From the NCBI GenBank assembly GCA_002189035.1, contig CM007991.1, positions 3,968,001-4,032,000 on the forward strand: DNA of 64,000 nucleotides. Reading direction: 5' to 3'. A program made the position numbers and the translations under genes. The notes under the pieces are model-generated. The model saw only the letters and a program-made list of their open reading frames with translations. It was not told where the DNA came from and searched no databases. Numbering within the stretch: the first letter of the stretch is position 1; each line of letters opens with the position of its first letter. Below, one piece after another: positions 50,090 to 63,761 of the stretch. The stretch is from Utricularia gibba (lineage: Eukaryota > Plantae > Magnoliophyta).

Positions 50090-53000
50090 TCACACTGCCG
50101 GCGTCTGAATCACAACACTCCCTGCAGATGCTTGGTTTGCTGCTCGGTTGCTACCGAAGTTCTTTTTGTTGGATTCCCTTGCGATTCTTGAGCCAAACTG
50201 CAAGACCAAGATCTAGAGATTGAGAAACGCGATGCAGAACAATGAGGTTGGATTCTCAAATTTCGGCCATCACAGAAACGGTCTTCTAAATGAATTTCTA
50301 TGGTGCTTGAGTAGGAGTCCGAAAACACGCCTGAAGTGCAGGTTACCTGAATAGCTCGTTTGGGTAGACCAGCAGCGCAATGTAGACCAAGCAAACGAGC
50401 CACCTGCGGAGACGTGATGAGCATCAGGTTTATAACAAGGATGTAGCAGAAAGAGAAGCTCCGTCAGAAGAGAAGAATGCAGGTGACGAACCTCCCTCAG
50501 AATCAGTTTATCACCAGTTCCACTGGGTAGATGGAGATTTGTAATTTCCCACAAGGGGAGATCGAGCAACGTTCGTATAACGTCCTCATCTAGAAAAGGG
50601 AACCTTGCCTGGTTTTGCAAGATGACAGAATCGGTACATCAGCAATGAAGAACAACTAAAAATGTAAACTCAGAATTGTTGCACATACCTCTTTTGCATT
50701 ATCAGCTATGCATCTGTCATCTCTCCCCAAGTTCCTCTTCCAAATTCTGTTCATGTCAAGTTTCATCTCCTCGTGAAGCCCTGACCAGCTGATGAAATGT
50801 CCACGGTGTGAAAGAAGGGAATAAAGGAGGTAAGGCTAATGCACAAAGCTTCAAATGCTTAAAAAAATCAAAGCACCTTGCATTTCTAAATTTGGTTCTA
50901 TGCCGGCCGTATCCAGCACACTGCTCGTCAGCGCCGGACCCAACAAGAAGAATCCTACTCTTGGACTTGTATCTGATTCGTTTGTTACTGGCACAACCAT
51001 AACTGCATGTCTCATCATGAAGCCAGCCATCGCCTTCAGCAGCCAACCATAATGCAATGCCAATGTTCAGATCCTTGAGAAATAATAAATGTTCAAGTTC
51101 ACTATATGTGTTCTGTCAGACTGGACATTTCTTTCCTTTTATAGCTAGCTTGAATTTTCTACTGCATCGCAAAGACAATACCATGTAAGTTTTAGCTGGA
51201 CTTATGAGTGCCATCACGCGTGTTGTCTCCGTGTTAAGATTCTGTAAATCTGCATCAATCTCCACGAGGTTCCATCTGAAAGACGGCATCATAAAAGACT
51301 AGATTGTTGTAAAGTGACGACCAAGACCCCCATTAGAAATTCGAGCAACTAGAAGCAAATTAAAAACCTCAACCACACCTCCTTGATGGACCGATCTTTT
51401 GAAGTTCCTTCAATCCTTGCCGTGCAGATACTCTGTCAGGGGCCATCTCACCATCAAAGCTAACATTGAGTAGATCAATTTCATCTGGAATCAGACATGC
51501 CATGAATCGATTTTTTGGAAACACACAGACGAAAAGCAAAGCATGAGAAAGTGAGGGCATACATTCGGAACTGATGCACTCATGCAGCAATGCGGCAATT
51601 ATCATAGAATCTAGTCCACCAGAAAAAAGCACTCCAACTGGAGCCATTATGGCTCTCTCGTTTTGTACTTGGAAGATCCTACTTGAACTGGATCGTCGCT
51701 TAACAGATTCTTTAAGAGCCATCAGCACTTTTTGAGATGCTTCTACAGGCATGCTGCTCAAAGAAGCTGGAATCGAAATGAATTCTGAATTACACACTGG
51801 TAAACAGCATCAACTACATCAAAATATGAATGCAAGTCAAAGGACGGAATGTCCAGTTACAGAGAAACTTTCCGTTTGAAACGATGATTACCACTACCAG
51901 GAATAGGTTCTATTGCAGTCCTATCCCATGTGATCAGTTTTCTTAGCTGAAGATCACTCCACTCATGTTTCTTGACTTCACCAATTAGATATCCATAATT
52001 TTCGTGAGGATGTATGGAGATGCTATATATACCACAAGGAAGCTCCTCCCAAAAATTAACTCCAAAGTTTCCATTTTCATCAGAAAAATCTGTGGAGCTC
52101 AGAACCGGAGACCAAGGGAAAGATATGAGCAAAATAGCATAAGGATATTGAATATTTTAATGCATTCTGATCATGCGCTTGAAATGCAGGTAAGACAGAG
52201 GTTATACCATGGGACTGTGGAATAGAAGGTGGTGAAACAGAAGATAGTAGAAGTCGAGAATCACGAGTAGTGGGCCAGTGAACTAAAAGGCTTCTCCGTC
52301 CAAATGCATCTCGACCAAACCATAAAGTCTTTGAACTATCCTGAATGCAATAATAAACATCAAGAATCACACACAATTTTTACAATTACCATTATCAAGT
52401 CCGCAGATTTACCTGCCAATACATCAGTGCCCATGGGCCTCTGACTCTTGATAGTAATTCCGGAACAGTTACTTGGCCTCCCAGAGAGGCGCAAGAGGAA
52501 AGTTTTCCTTCATGTGAAAAACAAGAACAACATCCACCGAGATTTTGCATGAGAATCTGCGTGTCATTGCTGTGACTGCTAACATAAATCCCCCCAAATA
52601 TTTCACCTTCAAATGGTCACAAAAAACAAGACATTTTTTCAATGCACATAGTACGATGAAGCAGATAAACCAAACCTTATCAGCAGCAATCATTACATCG
52701 CTAGTATTATACGAACGTACCATTATAAACAAGCACATTTTGCAAAGCATCAGTCAACGGTTGAGCAACTGGATTCTCTCCTCTGAGTTGCAGGGTTGCA
52801 CCAATGAAATGCAATTCCCCGTGTATCCCACCCCCACATTCCGTTCCTTCTCCGCGCAAAACTGATTGCACGGAAGAAAAATTCTTACTTTCCTCGTTCG
52901 AAGTATTTGTATGAAGAGAAACAACAATGGCTCCCAAACTGTCAGGGCCTCTCCTCCGCAAAGCAGCTTTCAAATCCTCTGCTTTTACTACAGACTGGCT

Positions 53001-53198
53001 TTTGCACAGAAACAAGCGCAACATTAACCACACTGACTAAGTTGCACCGAGTAAACAAGCAATTCACAAAGAAAAAAAAAAACACAATGAATTTAGAGGA
53101 ATTACCGGAACCGATTCCGGAGGTGCACAACCAGGATATTCAGTAAGATAAGATGAATCGATTTCAATCCCAGAAGCAATCAACGCTATCCCACACAT
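50090..53198 (-). CDS. ASNSD1: Asparagine synthetase domain-containing protein 1 (Ntn glutamine amidotransferase plus Asn-synthase-like domain)
   Basis: Starts MCGI (ATG 53198). Motifs [103 protein letters not shown]. All junctions I traced are in frame. Confidence 0.95.
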
Positions 53199-54300
53199 CT
53201 TCTATGCAGAATTCTCAAAGCCCTACATCTATTTGAATGCCCTCAATTTGCAGCTACCAACTGCGCGCCTCCGTAACACAGTGGCAGGTCGGGATTTCGA
53301 TCCCTAATTTTCACAAGCTAAATTGCACAATTTTTTAAATTTTTTTTCATTACTTACCAAATGTTACATATAATTAAAAATTGTCAAAAATAGTTCGAAA
53401 TTGTTTCATTACTTAGCAAATGATATTCTAAATATATTATAAAAATAGAGTTGTTAAGATGATTCAAAATTGTCAAAAATAGTTCGAACAATCATTTAAA
53501 TAGACAAATATTACTTTTTGTTTATGAGCATGTGCATTCATCCCAACTCTATTAGTTTTTTTTGTTATAAGTGTGTGTATTTGAAATTAGAAAATTAATC
53601 ATTTCTCATTGAAGGTCAAGACAAATATCGCACTTGTCAATTCTATTCAGAACATGTATGATGATTGATGCACAAGTTTTATTTGAATGTGTACATTACT
53701 CTTTCAGTTATTTTATATTTAATAAAACAATTGTAATTGAATTATGTTGATTGCTTTTATAAAATTTCCATCACAATGTCCCCATTTAAAAACTTTCATC
53801 CTTGTAATATTTCATATATGATAACACAATTAAATTCGTTACCCTCCAATTTTCTTTTACTAGCAGCATATTAATATTTTGTGGAAAATTTATCATTAAT
53901 ATCTCCAACCCCATTGACATAACTAGCATGCTTCCCCATTAAGAGTATAATTTTACCCATTATTTGTTAATATATTCCTAATCAAAAGAGGGACACTCTA
54001 ACAAATTTTGAGATAAATTCCTTATAAACATCATAATTACAAAAGGATAAAATAAATTCCTTAGAAATTCATTGCTCTAAATCTTGGATAATTCAATTTG
54101 TTATACTCCATCACAAGTTTTTCTGAGTTACAAATGTGAGGTTTCTCTATCAATGATTTATTTTTCAACAATAATCAATTATTTGTTATAAATGAAAATC
54201 GAAATGATAATCAACAAAATGATGACATGAACTTTATCATTGATTTCCACCATTGCTTGATATGAGTCTTCCATTTTATAATTAATTTTATGAATAAAAT

Positions 54301-54607
54301 TTGTGAAATACATCATTTTATATTTTTGGTTTACAAAATATATCTTACACATATTATTTTTGTTTACGGAATGCAATTTATTAAATTCATGATTAAGTTA
54401 TCATTATATTAGCATACTTCATGTTAATATTGATGATAATATTTATGTTTTATTTAACAATGAATAACTTGAAATATTTTTTCATTAATTAATTTTAATA
54501 ATAAATAACTTAAAATAAGTTGAGAAATATGTGAAAAAATATTTTTCTAAACTTACCCAAAAATATATATTTGTAAACCGAAAATACAAAATGATATATT
54601 TCAACAA
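54301..54607. repeat. Imperfect inverted repeat (about 44-bp arms, about 220-bp AT-rich spacer); probable fold-back/MITE remnant
   Basis: 54301-54343 TTGTGAAATACATCATTTTATATTTTTGGTTTACAAAATATAT versus reverse complement of 54563-54607 TTGTTGAAATATATCATTTTGTATTTTCGGTTTACAAATATATAT. Confidence 0.7.
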
Positions 54608-55270
54608 TTTAGGCTAATTTTATGGAGTAAATTAATCAAATAATATCCTACGAAAAAGTAATTTGTTGAATAACATATGTTTGAAAAGTATTTGTCAAAT
54701 AGTAATTTTATGATTTTTTTCAGATTAAACATATATATTATTACTTAAATATATATTTTCATGATTCAATATATATTATATTAATATTTTTATATATCTT
54801 TATAATCAATAAAAGGAATTAGTACATATATTTTTGTCAGACCAATATATATCTTTTGATTTGAAATAATGCATAAAAATATATTTGAAAAATGATTTTT
54901 AAACGTGTGTTATTCAAATAATTAATTTTTATAATAGTGCTATTTGACCCTAATTTTATGAAACCTTGATCACATGGCATTCGCCCCACCCTTGCTCCCA
55001 TGGAGGACTCCTTTGTTGATAGTCAACAAGGTCATTTATTGTGTAATAATTATAAATCCAATTTTCAATATCCACCAACTCCAACACATTACTTGAATAA
55101 ATCAAATTCATCCCTTACTCCAACACATTTTTTTTTATTTATTTTATATCATCCTCCACGCCAGCGCGGTCCCCCCTGGGTGCTGACACCTGTCCTTGCC
55201 GTCATTTAAAACGTGCCGACATCTCCAATCCCCCCCTCCACGCCTAGGTTCGTGTCCCACCCATCTGATG

Positions 55271-56045
55271 ACGTGTCCACTTGCCTTTTTTCAAACACCG
55301 TTGGCTTACAAATTTGGTTGGGCTCTTCAGATGTGAATAGATCAATATTTATATTATTTTTAAATTTTCAACTAAACAAAAATAATATTTTTAAATAATT
55401 CTTTCATCATCCCTTTTTGCATTAAATCATACCAAACATAATACGGTCATTCAATCCTTTCTAAATGAATGTGCTAAATTTATGTTATATGCTTCAAAAC
55501 GATATGGTGTGTGTAACGAAAATCATTGCGTTTACGATAGGATGTGTTACAAACCATGATGTTAAGATGCATAACTTTGACTTCTGTTTTATTATAATAA
55601 TTTTTGAAAAATATTTTTTTAAAAAAATATGGTATTTCTCATAATTACCTACCATAATTAAAAAAGGAATATATTGGATTATCCGAAAACGGACCCATGA
55701 GACCCGCCCACGTGGTTCCCAGTACAGTTGATAAACATTTGCGCCGTGAACTTACAAAAGTTGGGCAGGGTTGTCGATGTTTGGTACACGTGGCATGCTG
55801 TGGGTGGTGACATTTTTGTCCTCCGGGTGTGGGTACACGGTACGTGTCGTTCTGCATGTGGTGACCCGCCGGGGATCGGATGAACCCTAAATCGACGGCG
55901 TGGGAGGGATGACTCAATACACTCCCCTGGGGTGGCGGGGCAGAGTAGGGCAGCCGGGTGGGTTAGCTTGTTAAATCGAATAAAAAAAAATGAGCCAGGA
56001 ACAGGGACAGCCAGAAAGAGAGTGAAGTCATTAGAGCCACGTGTC
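55271..56045 (+). promoter_or_regulatory. ABRE/G-box cluster in the AFP promoter
   Basis: ACGTGTC at 55271, 55842 and 56039; ACGTGGC at 55788; CACGTG at 55709. AFP genes are known to be ABA-induced via ABI5/ABF factors. Confidence 0.7.
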
Positions 56046-56538
56046 TTTGTATCATCGCGCTGAATTCCGTAGCTTGGCCCCTTTGTGATAATCCCTGCTT
56101 TTAGTACAAATGCTCTGTAACAAAGGGTTTTTTGGACATTATTTCAACCTCTTCCTGGGTCTTCTCCATGGTTTAAGTGGGCAGTCTTCCAGTTTCTTGC
56201 GCTTCTGCGTTCTGCTCCTAGTTCTATTGATTTGTTGAAGTTTCTGCCATTTGGGAAGGAACCCATATTCTGTTTCTTTGTTTATTAGATGGTATTTGTT
56301 TCTTTTTGTCCAAAACTTGAATCTTTGCGGAAGGTGGAGCCTTGTGTATGGTGGTTTAACAGTTTGTTGTAGTATTACAAATATCCGGTTTCCGAAACAA
56401 ATTTAGGTATATGGAGTTCAATATTCTGATCTTGTAGATCAGATCACAATGCTGTGGAAGTTTGAGTTCCTGTGGAAAATGAATACAGTTCTTTTGGGAT
56501 TTTCGAGGGTACCTGTAGCAAAACTTTGATATAGTTTT

Positions 56539-57352
56539 ATGGTTGCCGATAGTGTCCATAGTGCTGCTAAAAAGGAAGAAGAGGATGAGGAGATTGAATT
56601 AAACCTTGAGTTATCATTAGGTTCCAATATGCTGATGAGATCTTCTTCCGTAGCTCCATGTTTACCTGTAGTGCAAGGTGACTGTGACTTGCTGGTATCA
56701 GTACCAGAGCCCCATTCATCTCTAGGAAGATCATCTTCTCTGCCTGTGGAGTCCGAGAAGGAATTAAGTAAGAGGAAGCAGCAGCAGAGTTTAAGAAGAT
56801 TAGAGGCTAAGAGAAGGAGATCAGAGAAGCAGAGGCTTTTGAGGGAAGAAAGAAATGCAACTGGGAGTTCTGTTCAGAGCATTAATCCTCAAGGTATCCC
56901 CTATTTAAAGTGCTTTGAAACATTCATGATCTAGTCATTTGTGCAAGTTGATGATAGAAAACTTAAATTACTTCATGTGCTCAGAAGCAAGAGAAAAAGA
57001 AAGCATTGCTAGTCTTTTATCCCTGGGAGAAAGAAACATGGTTTCTTCAGATGTGCAATCAGGACAGCAGATGATGAGGCCTGATCAATTGACTACTCGA
57101 GGAGATAGTGATTCTCCCACGAAAAAATTGATGGAGGACATGCCTAGCGTCTTCACAGTGGGTGGTGATCCAAATAGACGACGGGTTGATGGTATACTTT
57201 ACAAGTATGGTAGGGCTGAAGAAGTTAGAATAATGTGTATCTGCCATGGCAACTTCTATTCACCAGCTGACTTCATAAAGCATGCTGGTGGAACTAATGT
57301 AGATTGCCCATTGAAGCATATAGTCGTGAACCGCAGTTCTTCATTCTTGTGA
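56539..57352 (+). CDS. AFP: ABI5-binding protein / NINJA family co-repressor
   Basis: Exon 1 56539-56893 (EAR motif IELNLELSLG, LGRSSSLP, NINJA-B LRRLEAKRRRSEK), intron 56894-56984, exon 2 56985-57352 (MPSVFT...GILYKYG..EEVRIMCICHGNFYSPADFIKHAGG). Confidence 0.93.
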
Positions 57353-57793
57353 TCCAGGTTCAGTTCATAGTCAAAACGCTTCATCGCATTTTTGTAATGT
57401 GTTTAGTGCATTACCACCCACCGGCTCTTACAAAGTTGTTCCTGTTCAGACATGTAGATATTACAGCATTATTATGAAGGTGGAAGTTGGGTTCCATTCA
57501 GGATGCAACAGTGGTTCCTGGGCAGCTATTCAAAGCACAAGCCAGGATGTTAGCAAATGCGGAGTTGGCCAAAGAGGCTGTGAACTTCTTCAGAGTCGGT
57601 TTCACTGATCATATACTTTGTAAACAATGACAAATTTTGTACATGGAGGAAGTGGAAGTTCATGTAAGAAGATTTCCAGATGCTACAAAAGTAGCAGAAG
57701 AAGCTTCAGCTGTTTCAGTGTCTTGATCTTCTTCTTAAATAGTATTCCAAGGATGCATCTTGAGTTCTTCATTGAAAATCATCGAAACTGAAC

Positions 57794-59564
57794 TTATTTT
57801 CGATGTCCAGATGAGGCCATTAGAATGCCAACCGCAACGATGAACATGGACAACATGCCGGTTAAAAGGATGTATGTTCTTCTGGAAGATCTTCTGTACT
57901 CTCCGAAGAGTACGACGCCCCAGAATGTGCTCACAAGTGGAAGCGCCTGTTAGAACAGCAAAGCATCACAAACTTGTGCTGTATAGTTTTGATGATGATG
58001 ACTTTACTAACCTGAACAGCATCAGCTGCTGCATAACCTGCTGCTTGGCCTCCCATGAACTGAAGTCCATTACCAAAACCACACAGGAGACCAGCCAGGA
58101 ATGCGAGTCCTCGCCCATTCCAGTCTGATAAGTACGCCTTCAGTGATGATTTTGGTAGGTTCAAGACGGGGCGGTACAAGAATGTGACATTGAGAATGAT
58201 AGCAATCACAAAGCAGGATACAGAGAAGTAAAAGAATGCAGTGTAAACACTGAGGTGAGGAACACCCTTTTCCAATGTGTGCCACTGATCGTTTGTGGCT
58301 AAGTTGAACGCCGGACTGAATAAGGAAAAGCAAAATCCAGCAAAGAAAGTGATAGCCAACCCCAAGAAAATTCCCTTCCCTACGACCTGCAGCAAAAAGG
58401 ACCGACCCTCAAATTTTAGACCATAAGAACTTATCTTGATCCTTCTGAAATCTGTAGCTCAGTGCTGTTGGAAGTAGAAACCAACCTTTATTGCACGCCT
58501 ATTCTCGAGTTCGATTAGAAAATGAGCTGTTCCAAACTTTGCCTTCTCTGTGGTAGCGCCACTACCAGTCTCTGTATCTTTAGAGACATGAAAATTCTTC
58601 AGTTTCCAGGTTAATACAACTGGACAAAGTATGACAATCAAAACATAATAAATACCTTGAATCTCGTAGGTTCCCATGGCGATAGAATCTGCTTTAACCC
58701 TGTCCAACACTATCAAATCAATATCATCATGAGGAGATCCAGAATAGCTTTAGTATACACTCACCCGTCTAAAGATTGAAGCTTTGACTCATTATCAGCA
58801 GCATTAGAAGAATGAAGTGCAGATCCAAAGCACACAGCAATCAAGAAGCAAGCAACACCAGGGAAAAGAATCTCAGCTTTGTTGATTCTGTCGTCCAGGA
58901 AATAATTCAAAGTCGTGCCTAGAGAAAATGAAGAGGCAATCAAAGCGTAGAACTTCGTTGACATCATTAACTTTGTGAGGCTTTTCTCCACATAATCTGG
59001 TTTTATGTATCACATATAGCCATGGAATACTACCTATGACAACAGTAAGGCTGGAAGTGATCACTTCAGTCACAGATAAACCAACTAATGCCCAAGCATA
59101 TTGAGTAGCCAAGTTTCCGATGCTAAGAACAATCCCACCAGCCATCGCAAACAACACGCTTGTCCAGTTATTCAGAATCTGTTCTTTGGAACATAAAAAC
59201 AGGTGAATTTGGAAAAGGCGAGTTTCAATAACAAAAAAAGGTAGTTTGAAAAAGAGAGACGCTTCAACTTAAACCATGAGCTTGATCAATGATCTGTGTG
59301 ATAACGTTCTTGGGGAGATGAACTGACCTGAGAAAGCTGAGTAGAAAAATTCGGCCTCTCAGGGGAGCTACTTCCGAATTCACCAAAAGCAAAAGCAATA
59401 ATAACAGCAGCCAACAAATTGGTGATGGTGTAATCAAGATAGGTATGCTGAGGAAGACGACCCCGCCTCTCTAGAAGAGTCAAGACTGCAGGCCATGTTC
59501 CCAAGAAGAGCAAAGCAAGGAGCATACAGGCAATTGCCCCTCCTTTACTCTCAACCAAATACAT
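57794..59564 (-). CDS. UPS: Ureide permease (allantoin/uracil transporter)
   Basis: Exons 59564-59328, 59178-59034, 58918-58765, 58699-58656, 58619-58486, 58386-58012, 57946-57794. Motifs MYLVESKGGAIACM, LERRGRLPQHTYLDY, GNLATQYAWALVGLSV, FSPAFNLATNDQW, GGQAAGYAAADAVQALPLVSTFWG. A possible upstream coding exon lies at 59790-59707. Confidence 0.95.
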
Positions 59565-61954
59565 CTCTAACCCAGAAAAAAGCTCGATGAGGAAAACAAC
59601 TGCAAGGACGAACACACAGAAGCCAAAGGTAAAATCTTCAACACAAATAACAAGTTAGTTCAAGCCCATCCCAAGACTTAAACAGGGGAAGAAAGTATGA
59701 ACGTACTTGGGCAAAATGGAAACCACCCCTCAAGTACTGGTTTGAAATTAGGGAGACTGGAGTTGGGAAGTTGCAGAAAATGGATGCCATGAAGCGAATT
59801 AACCATTATATAATGCGCGAAAACATCGGGGGTGCCTCAGTATAGGATGACCCTCAACTTTGACCACGAAAACCCGAGATCATGGCACCAGCCACACGAT
59901 TCCGGCGTCAATAAAAAATTGGTTCTCAGGGACGCTGGGACTACCGAGATAAACTGCAACGCCGTTCCAGATCAGCTACCTTTGCTCCCACTGATTCTTC
60001 GGCCCCAGTGACTCAAGCTGAGGACTAATGGTTTTGAAATGTCTGAATATAATAAATATTGCTTCAATAAAAACAAATGTAATACAATACGACGTAGTCG
60101 TTGCTCATTGTGTGGAAGCCAGTCGCCATAGGAAGACACGGACACGGCAAGGGAGTGGCCGTGTCCTTGTTGCGGCTAACTTGTCACACGCAGAAGCTCC
60201 CATCCACTGTGATTTGTGATGACATAAGAAACAATAATTGAAAAAGGAATTTAAAAAAAGCAAACATGATTACTATTTTTCAAATCCTACATATTATCAC
60301 ATCTTATGTCGATTATAAAATTGTAATTTAAAATACTATTTCCAATTCTTTATGACATGTTGGATAAAATATTTAATTATTTAAACATGCGTGTTTTGCA
60401 AACATCATTGTAAATAATTAAATACTTATATCAAATACTATTTTAATGAAATATTATCAAATATCTTTACCAATAATTTATTTTTATATTTGATTATTCT
60501 AAATACACCTATAAAATACTATATCATTTTAAATGCATATATTTTAAATTTATACACCAAAACAAATGCTCAATTTTAATGATATTATATATATTTATCT
60601 AAACGCAAATAATTAAAACACATCATGAATTAATGATTTTTCAAATTTTATTTTATTCTTTAAAAAATATTTACACTTTTTATAATGAGAGTGACCAATT
60701 ACCCAATTTTTTATGTGTATTTTACTGTATATTATGTATTCGATATATATTTGATGTGGACTAAATTGGAGTGAGGTAATTGGCCATTGAAAAGTAGCCT
60801 AAAGTTGTTCTGACAGATTGGCATAGATCGACACATCGATAAGTGCCAGAATTGTAAGCGACGGCCGTTTTAGACAGTCTACAAAATAGCCGAATTACAC
60901 CAATGACAAAAGCAATCGGTGGTTATTCGAAAGCAGGACCATAATACAAGCAACAGGCGTAGAAAATAGTCGACATCTACAGAATTTAGAATTCAATCAA
61001 ACTAGTCTCTTCTATGAATACAAAAAACCATGAAAAAGAAAAGATTGAACTCCAAACTCTCTAACCTGTTTTTTTTCTAACTTCGTCTAGTGAAAAACCA
61101 TTTTCCAATGAGCTTTAACAGCTTCGTGGTTTTTTCATTCTCTGATGTTTTTCACGTTAAAATCCCTGACTTCCTTTATTTCTATTAACTGCATCGCACC
61201 ACACAGAACACTTGAGCTTTAATTGGATACGATGCACCCGGCCGTATCCATAACCCAAAAATGGGTCTCTACCCTAATACCGATTTTTAACCACAAAAAT
61301 ATTTAATATAGATTATTTTTGTAATGGGTGCAGCTTATATTGTGAGAATGAATTTGGTTAATAGGATTATGATAAAAAAATTATAATTTATTTGAGTTTA
61401 GATAAAAATGATATTAAAATAAAACTTACATTGTTACAATATGATATTATAATAGAATATCATGATTTTAATAATTGGTTTTAGAATATGAAATGTTGTT
61501 CAATAGTGTTGTTTATTTGAAAATATGAAAAAGTGAAATATTAAAAACCCATAAAATGTATAAAAATATGAAAAAAATAAATATCTTTTAAAAACAAAAT
61601 ATAAGGAGTTTTATAATCATTTTGCAACACACACAAGTGTTTTAAAATGAAATTGGGCATTTGAATACTTCAAGAGGTTAATAATAATTAATAAAACAAA
61701 TCCATCTATTTCAACGAAATCCACCAGTGGGGTCCACCCTGTTGCCTCCTTGAAGTGGAATCCAGCCAGAATTTGGTCAACACCGTAATGAGCAGTAATT
61801 GCATCTGACTCCAAAGTCAAAGACAGTGTCTTTGTGGGCCCATAATTCGATTTAATTAATTACATGCCACCTTCCTAATCCCCAGACCATCTTAAGAACT
61901 AGGATCGGAGCCCGGTTTTCAACCCGACCCAAAGTTGGACCTCGAAATACTTTA

Positions 61955-62233
61955 GGATGTGTTTGATAGTATAGCATAATCAATAATGTACTTGAGTTAT
62001 TATTATTTAGATAAATGTGTATTATATGATTAAGATAAAATTTTATTTAGTACATAGATTTTGAATATATGTGTTTAAAATAATATTACATGTGATAGAT
62101 TGGGTTGTTTAACAAATCCACTTAAAAATGATTCTGAAATACCTAATTCGGAGTGCCTTACAATAATTTTGCAAAATACTCATGTATTGTTAACAAGTAT
62201 ATTTAAATACTCAAATCAACCTACCAACATTCC
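61955..62233. mobile_element. Possible degenerate Tourist-like MITE (family C)
   Basis: Left end GGATGTGTTTGATAG follows TTA (61952-54); right end CTACCAACATTCC precedes TTA (62234-36). The TIR match is imperfect. Confidence 0.4.
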
Positions 62234-63761
62234 TTATGAGAAAGATTAATGTAAAATAATTATTTTTTTATATAATATTTTGACTAATAGTATTAAATAA
62301 AAACAAGGGAATTGAAGTTTAAATAAACTTTTATTAGGTTGTCTTCAGTAAACTTTTACAAAAATTTCTTTTGTATACATATTATTTAATAATACATAAT
62401 TTGTAAAACAATTATATATATTTTAAATTATCTATCAAATACGATATTATTTTCATAAAATTTAAACAAATATATCTAACATACTTTTAATTTTAACTAT
62501 ATTACACACATATTTATTTAAATATATTATTAATTAAATTATTCCATTAAACCTTCCTCAAATTAAAAAAAAACTATTCCACTTCCAAATTTATTAATTC
62601 TATTTGAAATCTATTTAATCACACCAGCAAAATTAATAAAAATGGTGGTTTCTTTCATCTAGTTATATTTATAACTTTTTAATAATTTATAAGTAAAATC
62701 ATATTCTAAATTTTGTACTTATAATTAAATTTAGACTGTGACAAATACATTGGGAAAATCCTTAAATTCAGTATTTTATTTTGGTAATTTATTAAATGAT
62801 TTGTTCATGATATTTTTCTCCTATTGGGGTGACGTCAATTATTTAATTTTATATTTAAATTAATTCTCGAAAACGGTTTTTATGATAAATAATTACTCAA
62901 TAATTAATAAAATTATATTCAATTAACCCTGCAACGACCCCACATTAATTTTTTAATGCCCGAAAATTAAAATGACATGATATTAATAAAAAATCAATAA
63001 AAATAATTTAAAAAACACTGTTCACCAACCAGCGATATCTGCCACCTATGAACCTTTCTTCCTCCTCAGTGTAATGGTGGAGAGGACAAAAAGCAGACAG
63101 AAAAACAAATGTCCGTGAAGTTTTTCTTCACATTGCGTTAAAGCTTTGCTTTGATTTTCCTTGGAAGGACTTCCCATTTGCGTTGCTGTCTCTGGGTCAG
63201 CATCTGGATTACGCGTAACCTTCCTTAACTTCCACTGCACACGCATTCGTTTGTGGGAAACTCTGGGAACGGGAAGCGAACTTTTTCTACTGTGCGCCTG
63301 GATGGTTGTTGCCCAGGGCCTGACGCAAGCAGAGAATTTAATAAATGGCAGGCAGTACATTCCTTCTGGGCGGCTAAGGTGGGAGAGAATCTTTGATCTG
63401 GGTGTCCAGAGAATGGGTTATTGTTCGCGAAGTATTTTGCGGGGTTTCGGATTCTTAGATGAATATGGAAGTGAGATTTGCTGGAGAATTGTGAGCGAAT
63501 CCTCTCTGCTGTTTTTCTTTACTATGCTCTGTGACTCTCATCTTTAGTGTGCTGTTTTGCCACCGATTACGAAATGCATTGTTTGTGTATGTATCCATAG
63601 TTGCCTCTTCATGGCTCTCACACTTCCGGTTTTTTCAGGAAGGTTTCCTCGTTAAATTTCAGATGTTCGTGTTCTGTTCTTGATAGTTGTGTTTGATAGT
63701 CACTCCAAATATCCACAAACCTTGATAATCGGAGACTGAATTCCCACAGAAACAACCAAGA

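Noticed and set aside
53377-53488. 23-bp direct repeat with a spacer, superficially CRISPR-like
   Set aside because: Only two units in AT-rich plant intergenic DNA, and no cas genes. More likely transposon subterminal repeats.
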